Origin: an uncultured delta proteobacterium
Lineage (GTDB): Bacteria; Desulfobacterota; Desulfobacteria; Desulfobacterales; B30-G6
Reading direction: 5' to 3'
Assembly: GCA_963823335.1 (NCBI GenBank)
Contig: CAWGLD010000001.1
Span: forward strand, 1,600,001-1,664,000
DNA length: 64,000 bases
Shown: positions 19,755 through 29,482 of the stretch, piece by piece
Layout of the letters: each line of letters opens with the position of its first letter
How positions within the stretch are numbered: the stretch's first letter is position 1
Notes under the pieces: model-generated
Databases searched by the model: none
The model's input: the letters and a program-made list of their open reading frames with translations, nothing else
What the model was told of the DNA's origin: nothing
Translations under genes and position numbers: made by a program

Positions 19755-20666
19755 ATGCCTGAAACGGATTACTACAAAGTTCTGGGTCTGGACAAAACTG
19801 CCAGTGCAGAAGAAATCAAAAAAGCCTATCGAAAGATGGCCATGAAATACCATCCGGACCATACAAAAGGCGACAAGGCAGCAGAGGAAACTTTCAAACA
19901 AATCAGCGAAGCATACGCAGTCCTGAGTGACAAGGAAAAGCGTAAGCAGTACGATACCTTTGGATCATCCGGATTCCATCAGCGCTATTCCCAGGAAGAT
20001 ATTTTCAGGGGCTTTGATTTTGGTGATATCTTCAAGGAATTCGGCTTTGGTGGCATGAATTTTACTTCCGGCGGCAGGGGAGGCTCCCGGTTCGCTTTTG
20101 GCGGTGATCCTTTTGGGGGCCGGGCAAGACAGGCAGCCCAGATAAAGGGCTCAGACCTTGTATATGAACTGCCCCTGACCCTGCAGGAAGTAGCCACAGG
20201 TGCCAACAAGGCCATCAGATTCCAGCACAATGATCAAGCGGAGAATATCTCTGTCAAGATCCCGAAAGGAATGATTTCCGGGAAAAAACTGAGAATTGCC
20301 GGCAAGGGGGAAAACAGCCCCTATGGTGGACAGCCCGGTGATCTGTTTATCAAATCTAAAGTTCTCAAGGATCCTGTTTTCAGCGCCAAGGAGTACGACC
20401 TGACCATCACGCGCGATATTCGGCTGAGCGAAGCGATTGGGGGTACCAAGCTCTCGGTCCCGACGCTTAGCGGCCGGGAATTGAGTTTGACCATCCCACC
20501 CGGCACCACTCATAAGACCCGCATGCGGCTGCCGGGGCATGGCCTGCCACACATGAAAGGCTCCGGGAGAGGTGACCTGTTCGTCACGATCCATGTCACG
20601 ATGCCTAAAAACCTGACGAAGGAACAGAAAAAACTGGTACGGATGTTAGCGGATGCCGGGATGTAA
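19755..20666 (+). CDS. DnaJ-class co-chaperone without zinc finger (CbpA-like)
   Basis: J-domain with HPD, G/F-rich region, DnaJ C-terminal domain; no CxxCxGxG repeats. Confidence 0.9.
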   Translation: MPETDYYKVLGLDKTASAEEIKKAYRKMAMKYHPDHTKGDKAAEETFKQISEAYAVLSDKEKRKQYDTFGSSGFHQRYSQEDIFRGFDFGDIFKEFGFGGMNFTSGGRGGSRFAFGGDPFGGRARQAAQIKGSDLVYELPLTLQEVATGANKAIRFQHNDQAENISVKIPKGMISGKKLRIAGKGENSPYGGQPGDLFIKSKVLKDPVFSAKEYDLTITRDIRLSEAIGGTKLSVPTLSGRELSLTIPPGTTHKTRMRLPGHGLPHMKGSGRGDLFVTIHVTMPKNLTKEQKKLVRMLADAGM

Positions 20667-20679
20667 CGAATTTAAATCA

Positions 20680-20708
20680 TTGACAAGAAGACAACTTTCA
20701 TGTAATTT
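20680..20708 (+). promoter_or_regulatory. Sigma70-type promoter candidate
   Basis: TTGACA-N17-TAATTT. Confidence 0.5.
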
Positions 20709-20868
20709 CGTTCCGGCTGCCGCGTAGATGACGTGGCCCGATTTCTGTTCTAACTGAAGCAAATATCCAAAGATACAAAGATCCCGAAGCTGCCTGAAAA
20801 TTATCACATGAAAAATTTAACGTGTGCCTGCTGACCCGAGCGTAGGTACTGACGAGCGAGGGCTTGCC

Positions 20869-23130
20869 ATGATTATCACCTGTGAAAACTGCGAAACCAG
20901 TTTTAACCTGAATGAAAAACTTTTAAAGCCGATGGGTTCAAAGGTTCGATGTTCCAGGTGTAAGCACTTGTTTACAGCTTATCCGCCGGCGCTGCCGGAA
21001 CAAGAGCAAGCAGTAGTCGAAACAGAGGCATCTGAAGAGATCGAAGAAAAAATCGAAGCAGCCGAAGCGCCCGAGCCTGAATCCACTTCTGAAGACACAG
21101 GTGGGATGGCGGCCGATACCATGGAATCTGAATCGTCTCAGGAAGTTGCGGGGGATTTGTTTGCCCAGGAGATCGAGGAGGCGGATGCACCGGAAAGTGC
21201 CGGTCAAGAGACCCCGTTCACGGCTCAGGAAGAGATGGATGAGGTTCTGGATGATCTCGACCTGGAGTCCGACATCGATACGGTTTTCGAAGAGAATGAC
21301 GTCGCAGCGGAAATTGTCGCAGACGATGTTGACGATGGTCAAGAAGCTCCTTCAGAGGAACTGACTGTCGATTTTGCGGATGAAGCGGACGTGACAGACG
21401 AGGCTCAGACCTCGGCAGAAGTGCAAGATGTTTTGGAGGAGATGGAGCTGCCCGGTCTCGAGGAATCTTTCGATAGGGAGCCGGCAGCGGATGGGACGCT
21501 CATCGAGGACGACGTACTGGAAGATCTGGATCTGGAACTTGACGTGACACCCGAAGAGGAAATATCGGTCCAGGAGGACACCACGGACGAGGCGCTCGAT
21601 CTTTCCGATATAGAGATGTCTATGGAATCCGAACCAGAGACCGATAGCGATGAAGATGAACTGGATCTCGATCTCGACCTGGATCTTGACCTGGTTTCAG
21701 AACCGGAAACAGACGCGGGCTTGACCGAAGACGAGGACGACATGGAGTCGGAAGAGCTCGATTTTTCGGATTTTGAAGAAACCGTCATGCTCGATTCATC
21801 CCCGAAGCCTGAAACCGGGAGTGTTTCTGACGATCTCGGGGAGGACCTTGAACTCGAACTTGACCTCGAAATGGCGGATGACGTAGTTCCGGATGTCGAA
21901 CCTGAGCTTCCTTCCATGGAAAAAGAGGGTGTCGAGCTCGAAGATCTCGATTTCGAACTGGAGATGGAGCTTGAGGGGGAGGCTGCAGATGGCACCGAGA
22001 ATGAAGATGTTGATCTTTCAGACATTGAAAAGATGCTGGATATGGATGGCAAAGAGGCTGAAACCATCAGCCTGGTATCTGACCTTGACGATGTCGAAAC
22101 CGAAGTGGAAAAATGGAAAGAGTCGCCCGATGCAGACGATCTGATGGATCAGACAGGCGAAATCGATCTGTCGGACATTATGATCGATGCAGATGACGAC
22201 GACCTGGAAGGAGACATCGAAGACGTAGAACTGGAATTGGACCTTGACGAAGTTTCCGAATCGGTTCTACCAGCAGGTGGTGAACGTGAGCCGGAAAAAA
22301 TCGACATCTCAGGGTTCGATGATTATGATATCCCGGAGGAAGAGGAGCTGACCCTAGAACATATCAACGGGGGAGACATCGAGCTTGAATTTGAAGTCGA
22401 TGGAGAAACCGACGATCTCGATTCAATGGCCACCGTATCCGATGTCGAAGAGATTGGTGTGGGAGCTAAAACCATTGCCTTGGCGGCAACCCAGGAGAAC
22501 GCCGACGAGGACCCGGCCAAGAAAAAAGAAGAAAAGAAGAAAACAAAGAAAATCAAGCCTGCCAGAAAAAGCGGTATTCTGCGACCGGTTGTGCTGCTGC
22601 TGCTCCTGATCTTATTACCATTGGCTGCGGTTGTTCTGCTCGATAGATTCATGGGCATGGATGTTCCGTATGTGACGGAGTATCTGAAGCAGGTGCCTTA
22701 TCTCAAACAGGTGATGTCACCCGAGATGAAGGAGAGTGGTGAGATCAGTGTTGACAACATCAGCAGCAAGTTCGTCGACAATACAGCACATGGGAAATTG
22801 TTTGTCATTACCGGCACGGTGAAAAATGAATTTTCAGAAAGCCGCAAGTATATCAAGATACAGGGTACTCTTTTCTCTGCCGGCAAAATTCTGGCAAAGG
22901 AGGCGACTGTATACGGAGGAAATGTTCTTTCAGACCAGGACCTGTCTGAAATGTCGCTTACGGATATTGACCAGCGCTTGTCGGATAGATTTGGGGATAA
23001 TAAATCCAATTTTGATGTAAAACCGGGAATGTCTATTCCGTTCATGGTCGTGTTTTCGGACCTGCCGGAATCTCTCGAGGAGTTTACCATTGAAATCGCC
23101 GGATCTTTCCCCGTAACGACACAGCAATAA
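20869..23130 (+). CDS. Zinc-ribbon (MJ0042-type) / very acidic linker / TM / DUF3426-like protein
   Basis: MIITCENC.T.F...KVRCSRC, a long D/E-rich low-complexity region, a Lys-rich patch, a TM helix, and C-terminal LFVITGTVKN...VKPG.SIPFMVVF. Confidence 0.8.
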   Translation: MIITCENCETSFNLNEKLLKPMGSKVRCSRCKHLFTAYPPALPEQEQAVVETEASEEIEEKIEAAEAPEPESTSEDTGGMAADTMESESSQEVAGDLFAQEIEEADAPESAGQETPFTAQEEMDEVLDDLDLESDIDTVFEENDVAAEIVADDVDDGQEAPSEELTVDFADEADVTDEAQTSAEVQDVLEEMELPGLEESFDREPAADGTLIEDDVLEDLDLELDVTPEEEISVQEDTTDEALDLSDIEMSMESEPETDSDEDELDLDLDLDLDLVSEPETDAGLTEDEDDMESEELDFSDFEETVMLDSSPKPETGSVSDDLGEDLELELDLEMADDVVPDVEPELPSMEKEGVELEDLDFELEMELEGEAADGTENEDVDLSDIEKMLDMDGKEAETISLVSDLDDVETEVEKWKESPDADDLMDQTGEIDLSDIMIDADDDDLEGDIEDVELELDLDEVSESVLPAGGEREPEKIDISGFDDYDIPEEEELTLEHINGGDIELEFEVDGETDDLDSMATVSDVEEIGVGAKTIALAATQENADEDPAKKKEEKKKTKKIKPARKSGILRPVVLLLLLILLPLAAVVLLDRFMGMDVPYVTEYLKQVPYLKQVMSPEMKESGEISVDNISSKFVDNTAHGKLFVITGTVKNEFSESRKYIKIQGTLFSAGKILAKEATVYGGNVLSDQDLSEMSLTDIDQRLSDRFGDNKSNFDVKPGMSIPFMVVFSDLPESLEEFTIEIAGSFPVTTQQ

Positions 23131-23200
23131 ACAGCTTGACTTCAGCATGTCAAGTTGGTAGGAAACCCGCTGTTAATTTTCGAGAAGTCTGATCCTGATT

Positions 23201-23277
23201 GGCGATGTAGCTCAGATGGTCAGAGCATGCGGCTCATATCCGCAGTGTCCGGGGTTCAATTCCCTGCATCGCCACCA
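23201..23277 (+). tRNA. tRNA-Met (CAT), elongator type most likely
   Basis: GGCGATG acceptor stem, anticodon arm TGCGG-CTCATAT-CCGCA, T-loop GGTTCAAT, encoded CCA. G1:C72 pairing argues against initiator; Ile2 not formally excluded. Confidence 0.92.
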
Positions 23278-23309
23278 AGCATATGATATCATTAACTTTT
23301 TAATGATTC

Positions 23310-23355
23310 AAGCCCCATCTTGTACAAAAACCTTGTACAAGATGGGGCTTTTTTT
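23310..23355 (+). terminator. Intrinsic terminator after tRNA-Met
   Basis: AAGCCCCATCTTGTACAA-aaacc-TTGTACAAGATGGGGCTT followed by a T run. Confidence 0.85.
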
Positions 23356-23450
23356 ATGTGTTCGGCAAAAAATAATTTGACGTCACCCTCATATTTTTTC
23401 CGCATTCGGGGAATTGGACAGAATCTGCTGGGAATGTCAAAACCGGCAAT

Positions 23451-23535
23451 AAAAAAGATATGGCCCCTTTGGGCAATTACAGGGGCCATGGTATGAATGG
23501 AGGGAACACGAACGTCTCATCGTACGGAGGTTCCA
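23451..23535 (-). ncRNA. Candidate small RNA (or structured 3' UTR of fabH)
   Basis: Upstream TTGACA-N16-TATTTT, two CCUCC motifs, terminal AUGGCCCCU/AGGGGCCAU hairpin plus U6. Confidence 0.35.
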
Positions 23536-23607
23536 ATCTCAAAATATGTCACAATGTGACATTGTCAACTCTCTATTTCATAAAGCACTGACCTACCCGG
23601 TTTTCCT

Positions 23608-24615
23608 TTATTGCAAGGTATAAATCACACCACCCCAGGTCAGCCCTGCTCCCAAACCAATGAACATGACTGTGTCCTTTGGTTTCAGCATGTTTTTTTC
23701 AATAAGTTCGTCAAGCGCGATAGGAATGGTCGCTGCAGTTGTATTGCCATATCGTTGAATATTGTTATAAATTTTTGCTTCCGGGATATTCATCCGTTCC
23801 CTAAACGCTTCGTTTATTCTCAGGTTTGCTTGATGGGGAATAAACATATTTACATCTTCAATACGTATGTTTGCTTTTTCCAACAACTCCCCTGTTAGCT
23901 TTGGCAGGAGCGTCACAGCTAATTTGAATACAGTTTTCCCATCCATATAAGGAAAATGTTCCTTATTTTGGATAACTGTTGGACTGATTGCTTTTCCAGA
24001 TTTTCGAGCAGGCATTCCTGCTCGCAATGCACCTGCATATTTTCCGTCAGCATGGAGAATCGATGTTATGATTCCAACGTTTTTACTGGTTTCAACCGCC
24101 TCAAGACAAACAGCACCGGCACCATCTGCAAATATCACCGCTGTATCACGGTTTTCGGTAGTGATCTCTAAGTATCGACTTTGAAATTCAGCACCTACCA
24201 AAAGAATCTTCTGTGCTTTTCCGCTCCTGATATATGCGTCACAGATTTCCAGTCCATGCAGAAATCCGGTGCATTGTTGACGGATATCGAGAGCAGGCAC
24301 TTTTTTCGCACCAAGTCGATTTTGCAGGAATACACCGGAACCAGGCACGTTCACATCGGGTGTCATGGTTGCAAATACAATTAAATCTAAATTCTCGGGA
24401 TTCCAGCCCGCTCTTTCCAGTGCGATGATTGCAGCCTCATAGGCAAGGTCCGAAGTCCCCACATCCTCACCTTCATTGACCCAATATCTGGCTTCGATAC
24501 CTGTGCGTTGCACAATCCATTCGTTTGATGTTTCCATCAATCCGCTTAGCGCTTCGTTCGTGACATGTTTTTCCGGTACATATCTGCCGGTGCTTTTAAT
24601 AATAGATCGTTTCAT
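23608..24615 (-). CDS. fabH: 3-oxoacyl-ACP synthase III family protein
   Basis: WIVQRTGIEAR, catalytic Cys in QQCTGF, PHQANLRI, YGNTTAATIP, GAGLTWG. Start set at ATG 24615. Confidence 0.88.
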   Translation of the reverse strand: MKRSIIKSTGRYVPEKHVTNEALSGLMETSNEWIVQRTGIEARYWVNEGEDVGTSDLAYEAAIIALERAGWNPENLDLIVFATMTPDVNVPGSGVFLQNRLGAKKVPALDIRQQCTGFLHGLEICDAYIRSGKAQKILLVGAEFQSRYLEITTENRDTAVIFADGAGAVCLEAVETSKNVGIITSILHADGKYAGALRAGMPARKSGKAISPTVIQNKEHFPYMDGKTVFKLAVTLLPKLTGELLEKANIRIEDVNMFIPHQANLRINEAFRERMNIPEAKIYNNIQRYGNTTAATIPIALDELIEKNMLKPKDTVMFIGLGAGLTWGGVIYTLQ

Positions 24616-25030
24616 AGGATAAGAATGCTTCCCGGCCCTTTTTCTATATAAATGCGCAATTATTATAATTACACAACTTGAGACAGAACGTATAATTATC
24701 ACAATTCCTGCGGAAAATCAAAAGAGATAAAATTCAAAATTATGTCTTGCCCTCAACCCCAAGACCCCAAGCCAAGGGAAATGCGCTCGCTTTTGCGGTT
24801 CAATTCTTATACCCTTCGTATCTTCGTGGTGTTCATTTTTAATATTAAAAACACAAAAAAACGAAACAAAAGTAAAAACTTAAGACTGATTGACCCTTAT
24901 GGTGAAAGTTGCTATTAGAGGATTTGCTATGAGTACGATTGCAGGCTCTTGTAATCCAAGGAGCGGAGCTGTGTGGTTTTTACGCTCCGAGAGCTGAAAA
25001 ATCCCGAATCATCCATACAAAAATCCTAAT

Positions 25031-25120
25031 CACTGATTTCCGACTTCAGATCACCGACCTCTGATCTCCGACCTCCGACCTCTGACTTCTGAAATGTCCT
25101 TCGCGTCTTCGTGGTTCATT
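25031..25120. repeat. Left inverted repeat flanking the YdcF-like gene (heptamer array plus conserved end)
   Basis: (c/t)GACCTC-type heptamers, then GTCCTTCGCGTCTTCGTGGTTCA. Confidence 0.8.
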
Positions 25121-25169
25121 ATTATTTTTTTCCGATCTCTCCCTACTGCTTACTATAGCTACTCACAAT

Positions 25170-25838
25170 ATGACTAGCAGACACTTAAAAATCCTTTTCA
25201 TCGTCATGGCTTTCATCGTCAGCATTCCGGTATTGGAGCTGGGCTATTTTGTTTGGGTGCTGTCGCGGCCTGTGACGATTCCGCCAAACCTTGAAACCGA
25301 CGCGATTGTCGTGTTCAACGGGAGCCCCAATCGCGTCGAGGCAGGCTATGAGATTGCCCAGTCATTGGATGCGCGGTTTTTGGTTATTTCTCCCGCCCTG
25401 GAAAGAGAACTGGCCATTTTTAACAAGAAATATCCACTTCCCCCGGGAATAAAGCATATTGGTGAACCGCTTGCGCGCACGACACTGGAAAACGCCGTTT
25501 ATAGCCAAAAAATCATCGAACGGCACGAACTGAGGTCGATTCTGCTGGTGACGTCGGCATACCACATGCCCAGGTCCAGGGCCTGTCTGAACTTATGCCG
25601 GCTTGGCTCTGGTACGGACGTTCGTGTTTATTTCGCACCAACGGGCACGGAGAGGAATGTGTTCGGCTACTTGAAAACGTCAAAAGGCGTGAAGACCTTT
25701 TACAACGAAATGGTCCGCTTCTGGGGCAGTCTGGGAGAGTGGGTCGTTTTCAAGATCCGGGGAAAACTCCCTGAGAAAAACCCAAAAGAGATACCCGTGG
25801 TGAAGTTTCTAAAATCTGTGCTCCTTTTCGACATTTAA
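25170..25838 (+). CDS. YdcF/DUF218 family membrane-anchored protein
   Basis: N-terminal TM, DAIVVF.G, EPLARTTLENA, LLVTSAYHMPRS. Confidence 0.85.
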   Translation: MTSRHLKILFIVMAFIVSIPVLELGYFVWVLSRPVTIPPNLETDAIVVFNGSPNRVEAGYEIAQSLDARFLVISPALERELAIFNKKYPLPPGIKHIGEPLARTTLENAVYSQKIIERHELRSILLVTSAYHMPRSRACLNLCRLGSGTDVRVYFAPTGTERNVFGYLKTSKGVKTFYNEMVRFWGSLGEWVVFKIRGKLPEKNPKEIPVVKFLKSVLLFDI

Positions 25839-25885
25839 GCGTGGCACCGAGAAATACTGAGGAACGGGGGCACGGTTAAGAAAAC

Positions 25886-25970
25886 ATTGAACCGCAAAGA
25901 CGCCAAGGACACAACGGAGATCGGAGGTCAGAGGTCGGAAGTCAGAGATCGGAGTCTGGAGGTTGGAGTG
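25886..25970. repeat. Right inverted repeat flanking the YdcF-like gene
   Basis: TGAACCGCAAAGACGCCAAGGAC, then GAGGTC(g/a) heptamers; reverse-complement match to 25031-25120. Confidence 0.8.
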
Positions 25971-26022
25971 ACATTTGAACCGCCCGCTTCGCTCAAGACA
26001 CAAAGGACGCAAAGAAGGAACT

Positions 26023-26176
26023 TTTATAGCGGTTGTCATAAACATGTTCCGGTTGGTCTAATTTACGATCAGGTATTAGAGCGTTTGGATCAGGCCATAT
26101 TAGATGTCATATATAATCCCTTGCGGACTCAAAAAACCGCTGCTATCGGAACGTTATTATGACAAACGCTCTAATA
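26023..26176. mobile_element. MITE-like element with TATAGCGGTTGTCATAA-type ends
   Basis: Left end TTTATAGCGGTTGTCATAA, right end TTATGACAAACGCTCTAAT (16/19 inverted match). An exact 19-bp solo end lies at 38833-38851. Confidence 0.55.
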
Positions 26177-26296
26177 GAAATTTAATAAATAACTAAAAAC
26201 AATTATTGACACAAACGTTACCAGTTGATAGCACTTATTTACATAATTATTTTGACAAAAAAAGCCATGTGTCAATTCCAACTGAAGGAGAACTGC

Positions 26297-26725
26297 ATGA
26301 AAAAACTGACAAAAATCCCAGTTATGTGGCTATGCTGTATGCTGCTGTTCCTTCCGTTTCTGGTTGCTGGTCCATCCAGCGCCCAGTGCACCATGGTCTC
26401 CGGACAGCTTGATGCAGCCGTGGCGTCATGTGGTGCAGATCTGGACTGCTTTGTGTCGCTGGCCAAAAGCAATGTGTCCTGCGCCGCCAACATTGCCTGG
26501 TATTACATGATCATGTACGCTCCAGAAGATCCGACGCCTGTTCTAGACAGCTTTCTGAATGCACTTCCCTACTCTTCCGCTTTGTCAGATGACCTTAGCG
26601 TTGCCATCAACGCGGCCTATCAAGCGAACCGGAACGAGCAGAAAGCGGGATCCACGACATCGGCAAACGAATACCCTTACGGGCAGGGCAGTAAACCCGC
26701 AAACGAACAATCTTACGGGAAGTAA
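26297..26725 (+). CDS. Secreted Cys-containing hypothetical protein
   Basis: RBS GAAGGAG, signal peptide ending SSA-Q, four Cys in the mature N-terminus, repeated C-terminal ANE.(P/S)YG motif. Confidence 0.7.
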   Translation: MKKLTKIPVMWLCCMLLFLPFLVAGPSSAQCTMVSGQLDAAVASCGADLDCFVSLAKSNVSCAANIAWYYMIMYAPEDPTPVLDSFLNALPYSSALSDDLSVAINAAYQANRNEQKAGSTTSANEYPYGQGSKPANEQSYGK

Positions 26726-26793
26726 ATCCGCAGGGTTTTTATAATGAAAAGACTGACCATCAGGGTATTGGCTGATATGACAGCGGAGGAAAG

Positions 26794-28059
26794 ATGAATA
26801 TGCAGAAAGCAACTAATCATCCGGCAAAAATCTTTTTTTTATTGTCAGCTTTTCTCTTTGCCTGGGCTACTTCGGTATGGGCTCAAGGCAATATCCATCT
26901 CGGGAGAGCCCAGTTGACCACCGGACTCCAGTATGCCGGTGAATACAACGACAATATTTTTCGCGATGCGGACAATGAAGAAAGCGACTACATTCACATC
27001 GTTACCCCCAGTCTGAAACTGGTGTACCCCGGTACAAACCCGGGTAACTACGTGCAGGCCAAATACCATGTCGACATCGCTCGATACGACGATTTTTCAG
27101 ATACGGATTACGAAGATCACCGACTATTTGGTGGCTTCGGATACCGCTCCCCGGCCGGCATCTACCTAATGGCCGATGATGCATACCAGAACACCGCCGA
27201 CCCTTACGGATCTGAAAGCACTTACAACGATGGCGTTCAAACAAAGCGCTGGAACAATACCGTCTCTATGACTGCCGGCTACGATTTTGCCAGTATCTAC
27301 ACGGTGGAAGCCTATGCGCGCCACTTTGTTGAGCGATACGACAAGAAAGTCGACAAATACCAGGACAGGACACGCATCACGGCTGGCGGTATGCTCCTTT
27401 ACCGGTTTAACAAGTTGCAGTTCCTGGGCGAACTTCGCAGAGCTGACGTGACATTTGATGAACAGAACGACGACATCGATGGATGGGACGATAACAACTC
27501 CCAGGATCATACCCTGACCGAAGCCCTGGTTGGTATTCGGTTTCAGCCGGGAGGGAAAATTATCGGGAACGCCAAGATTGGCTACCAAGCAGTGTCATTT
27601 GAAAACAATAAAGACAAAAATGGAAACAAATACAACGATGACCCCCAGGTAATTGGCGAAGTAGACGTGAGCTATTTTCTCAGCGAGCAGACATCCTTCA
27701 AAATTTTTGGCGGAAGATCTCTGAACACATCTGTAACGGCGGGTAATGCCGATGATGTTTCCAGTTCTTACATGAACACGTATGGGGGCATCGGGGTTAC
27801 CCAGAAAATAATGACCAAACTTTCCCTGAATATTGAATACGAGAGAAATGTAGAAGACTATCTGGATGTCAGTTCGGGTAATGACGACAAATTGCTGATA
27901 GCAAATACGCTGCGCGGTGGTCTGGACTATGATATAAACAGGTGGCTGGATGCGGGCGTGACTTTGTCGTATAAGGACAAGAACTCAGACACCGGTCAAT
28001 ACGATGATGAAGAGTATACCGTTACCCGGTATGGATTCTATGTTGAATTGACATATTAA
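26794..28059 (+). CDS. Outer-membrane beta-barrel protein associated with polysaccharide export (BBP2-like)
   Basis: Signal peptide, EYNDNIF motif, alternating beta-strand pattern, C-terminal aromatic (VELTY); lies upstream of wza/wzc. Confidence 0.8.
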   Translation: MNMQKATNHPAKIFFLLSAFLFAWATSVWAQGNIHLGRAQLTTGLQYAGEYNDNIFRDADNEESDYIHIVTPSLKLVYPGTNPGNYVQAKYHVDIARYDDFSDTDYEDHRLFGGFGYRSPAGIYLMADDAYQNTADPYGSESTYNDGVQTKRWNNTVSMTAGYDFASIYTVEAYARHFVERYDKKVDKYQDRTRITAGGMLLYRFNKLQFLGELRRADVTFDEQNDDIDGWDDNNSQDHTLTEALVGIRFQPGGKIIGNAKIGYQAVSFENNKDKNGNKYNDDPQVIGEVDVSYFLSEQTSFKIFGGRSLNTSVTAGNADDVSSSYMNTYGGIGVTQKIMTKLSLNIEYERNVEDYLDVSSGNDDKLLIANTLRGGLDYDINRWLDAGVTLSYKDKNSDTGQYDDEEYTVTRYGFYVELTY

Positions 28060-28089
28060 ACCGCAAATACCGGGCATAATTCGTACGTC

Positions 28090-28121
28090 AAAAAAGGGGA
28101 GATCAGCATACTCCCCTTTTT
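28090..28121 (+). terminator. Intrinsic terminator-like hairpin
   Basis: AAAAAGGGGAG...CTCCCCTTTTT. Confidence 0.7.
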
Positions 28122-28177
28122 CATGTTAGCCCGAAAATCTCATGAAATATCCGAGCTAATTCTGATATGGAGATAGT

Positions 28178-29230
28178 ATGAGAAACGTGTTCCTACTGAT
28201 ATGCTTTTTGTCACTTTGCACCATGATGGCGGCATGCAGCACGGGTGGAAGTGTGGTCCGTGTGATCGATGTAGCGGAAGAAGAGGAGATTGAGGGGCTC
28301 GACCCGGCGGAATTGGAGCGGCTTGCCAGGATCAAGGCCGCGGAGAAAAATGAATCCAACGGTCTCGGTCTGAACCAAATTATCCAGAGCACGCCCTCCT
28401 ACAATGTTTTCGAATATCTGTCACTCAGACCCGATGCCAACAATCCTGCCGCAAAAGATTACACTGTCGGGGGATATGATGTGCTCGATATTACGGTCTA
28501 TGAAGAGCAGGATCTTTCCCGCCAGGGTGTCCGGGTCAGTGCCGACGGCCATATTTCCTTCCCGCTGATCAATCGTGTGGTGGTGGGCGGGCTTACCACA
28601 TCGGAAATTGAAAGCATCATATCCAACCGTCTGGCAGAGGGGCAATTTGTTATCGACGCACACGTGTCCGTGATCGTGAGCGACTACCGCAGCAAGCAGT
28701 TCATGGCGCTCGGTCCGGTCAAAATGCCGGGTTCTTACCCGTTGAAAGCGCAGGAACGGGTGCTGGATGCCATATCGAGGGCCGGCGGCATCATGTCCGA
28801 ACAGGCCGGCAGCGAAGTGATGATCATCCGGACGGAAAATCCCGACACGGCCAATGAACGCAAGCTGGTTGTCCGCATCAATTTGCAGGCCCTCCTGGAT
28901 CATGGCGACCAGATGTCCAACCTCCTGATGGAGGACAGGGATTTGCTCTACATTTCCAAAGCGGAGCGTTTCTACATCATCGGGCAGGTAAAACAGCCGG
29001 GGTCGTTTCTTTACCTGGACAAGAACGTCACCCTGGTCGAGGCCATCAGCATGGCCGGAGGGTTTACCAACATTGCCGCTCGAAACCGGACACGCATCGT
29101 GCGTGTGGAAAACGGGTTGGAAAAGATCATCGAAGTCAAAGTGGACGCCATCACCAAGGCCGGCAAAAAAGGCCAGGATGTGCGGATCCATCCGGGGGAC
29201 GTTATAATCGTACCGGAGTCGTTCTTTTAA
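28178..29230 (+). CDS. wza: Polysaccharide export (OPX/Wza-like) lipoprotein with SLBB domains
   Basis: Lipobox MAAC, YTVGGYDVLDITV, VSADGHISFPLI, AISMAGGF; ends PESFF without the C-terminal OM helix. Confidence 0.85.
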   Translation: MRNVFLLICFLSLCTMMAACSTGGSVVRVIDVAEEEEIEGLDPAELERLARIKAAEKNESNGLGLNQIIQSTPSYNVFEYLSLRPDANNPAAKDYTVGGYDVLDITVYEEQDLSRQGVRVSADGHISFPLINRVVVGGLTTSEIESIISNRLAEGQFVIDAHVSVIVSDYRSKQFMALGPVKMPGSYPLKAQERVLDAISRAGGIMSEQAGSEVMIIRTENPDTANERKLVVRINLQALLDHGDQMSNLLMEDRDLLYISKAERFYIIGQVKQPGSFLYLDKNVTLVEAISMAGGFTNIAARNRTRIVRVENGLEKIIEVKVDAITKAGKKGQDVRIHPGDVIIVPESFF

Positions 29231-29235
29231 TGAGC

Positions 29236-29300
29236 GTCTTAACTTTTAGGAGTTTTTTAAATAATGGATTTCCAGCATTCCAATTCCTAAAAGTTAAGAC
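29236..29300. repeat. 19-bp inverted repeat between wza and wzc
   Basis: GTCTTAACTTTTAGGAGTT / AATTCCTAAAAGTTAAGAC (18/19 match). Confidence 0.7.
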
Positions 29301-29482
29301 CCTGCGGGATTGCCGATCTTACCACATCTACTGTGTCAGATAATGTTTCGCATAGTATCCTATAGCGAAACAATATCTTCCTTGTATCTGCGGCAACCTC
29401 GACAATCGCTCAATCCTGGCTCATTTTTTTAATATCGGTGGATATGAAATAGTCAATTGAAATTTTTCGGAGAAAAATTTTT

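Noticed and set aside
21405-22067. Ser-rich 220-aa antisense ORF
   Set aside because: It is a shadow of the GAN-rich acidic coding strand.
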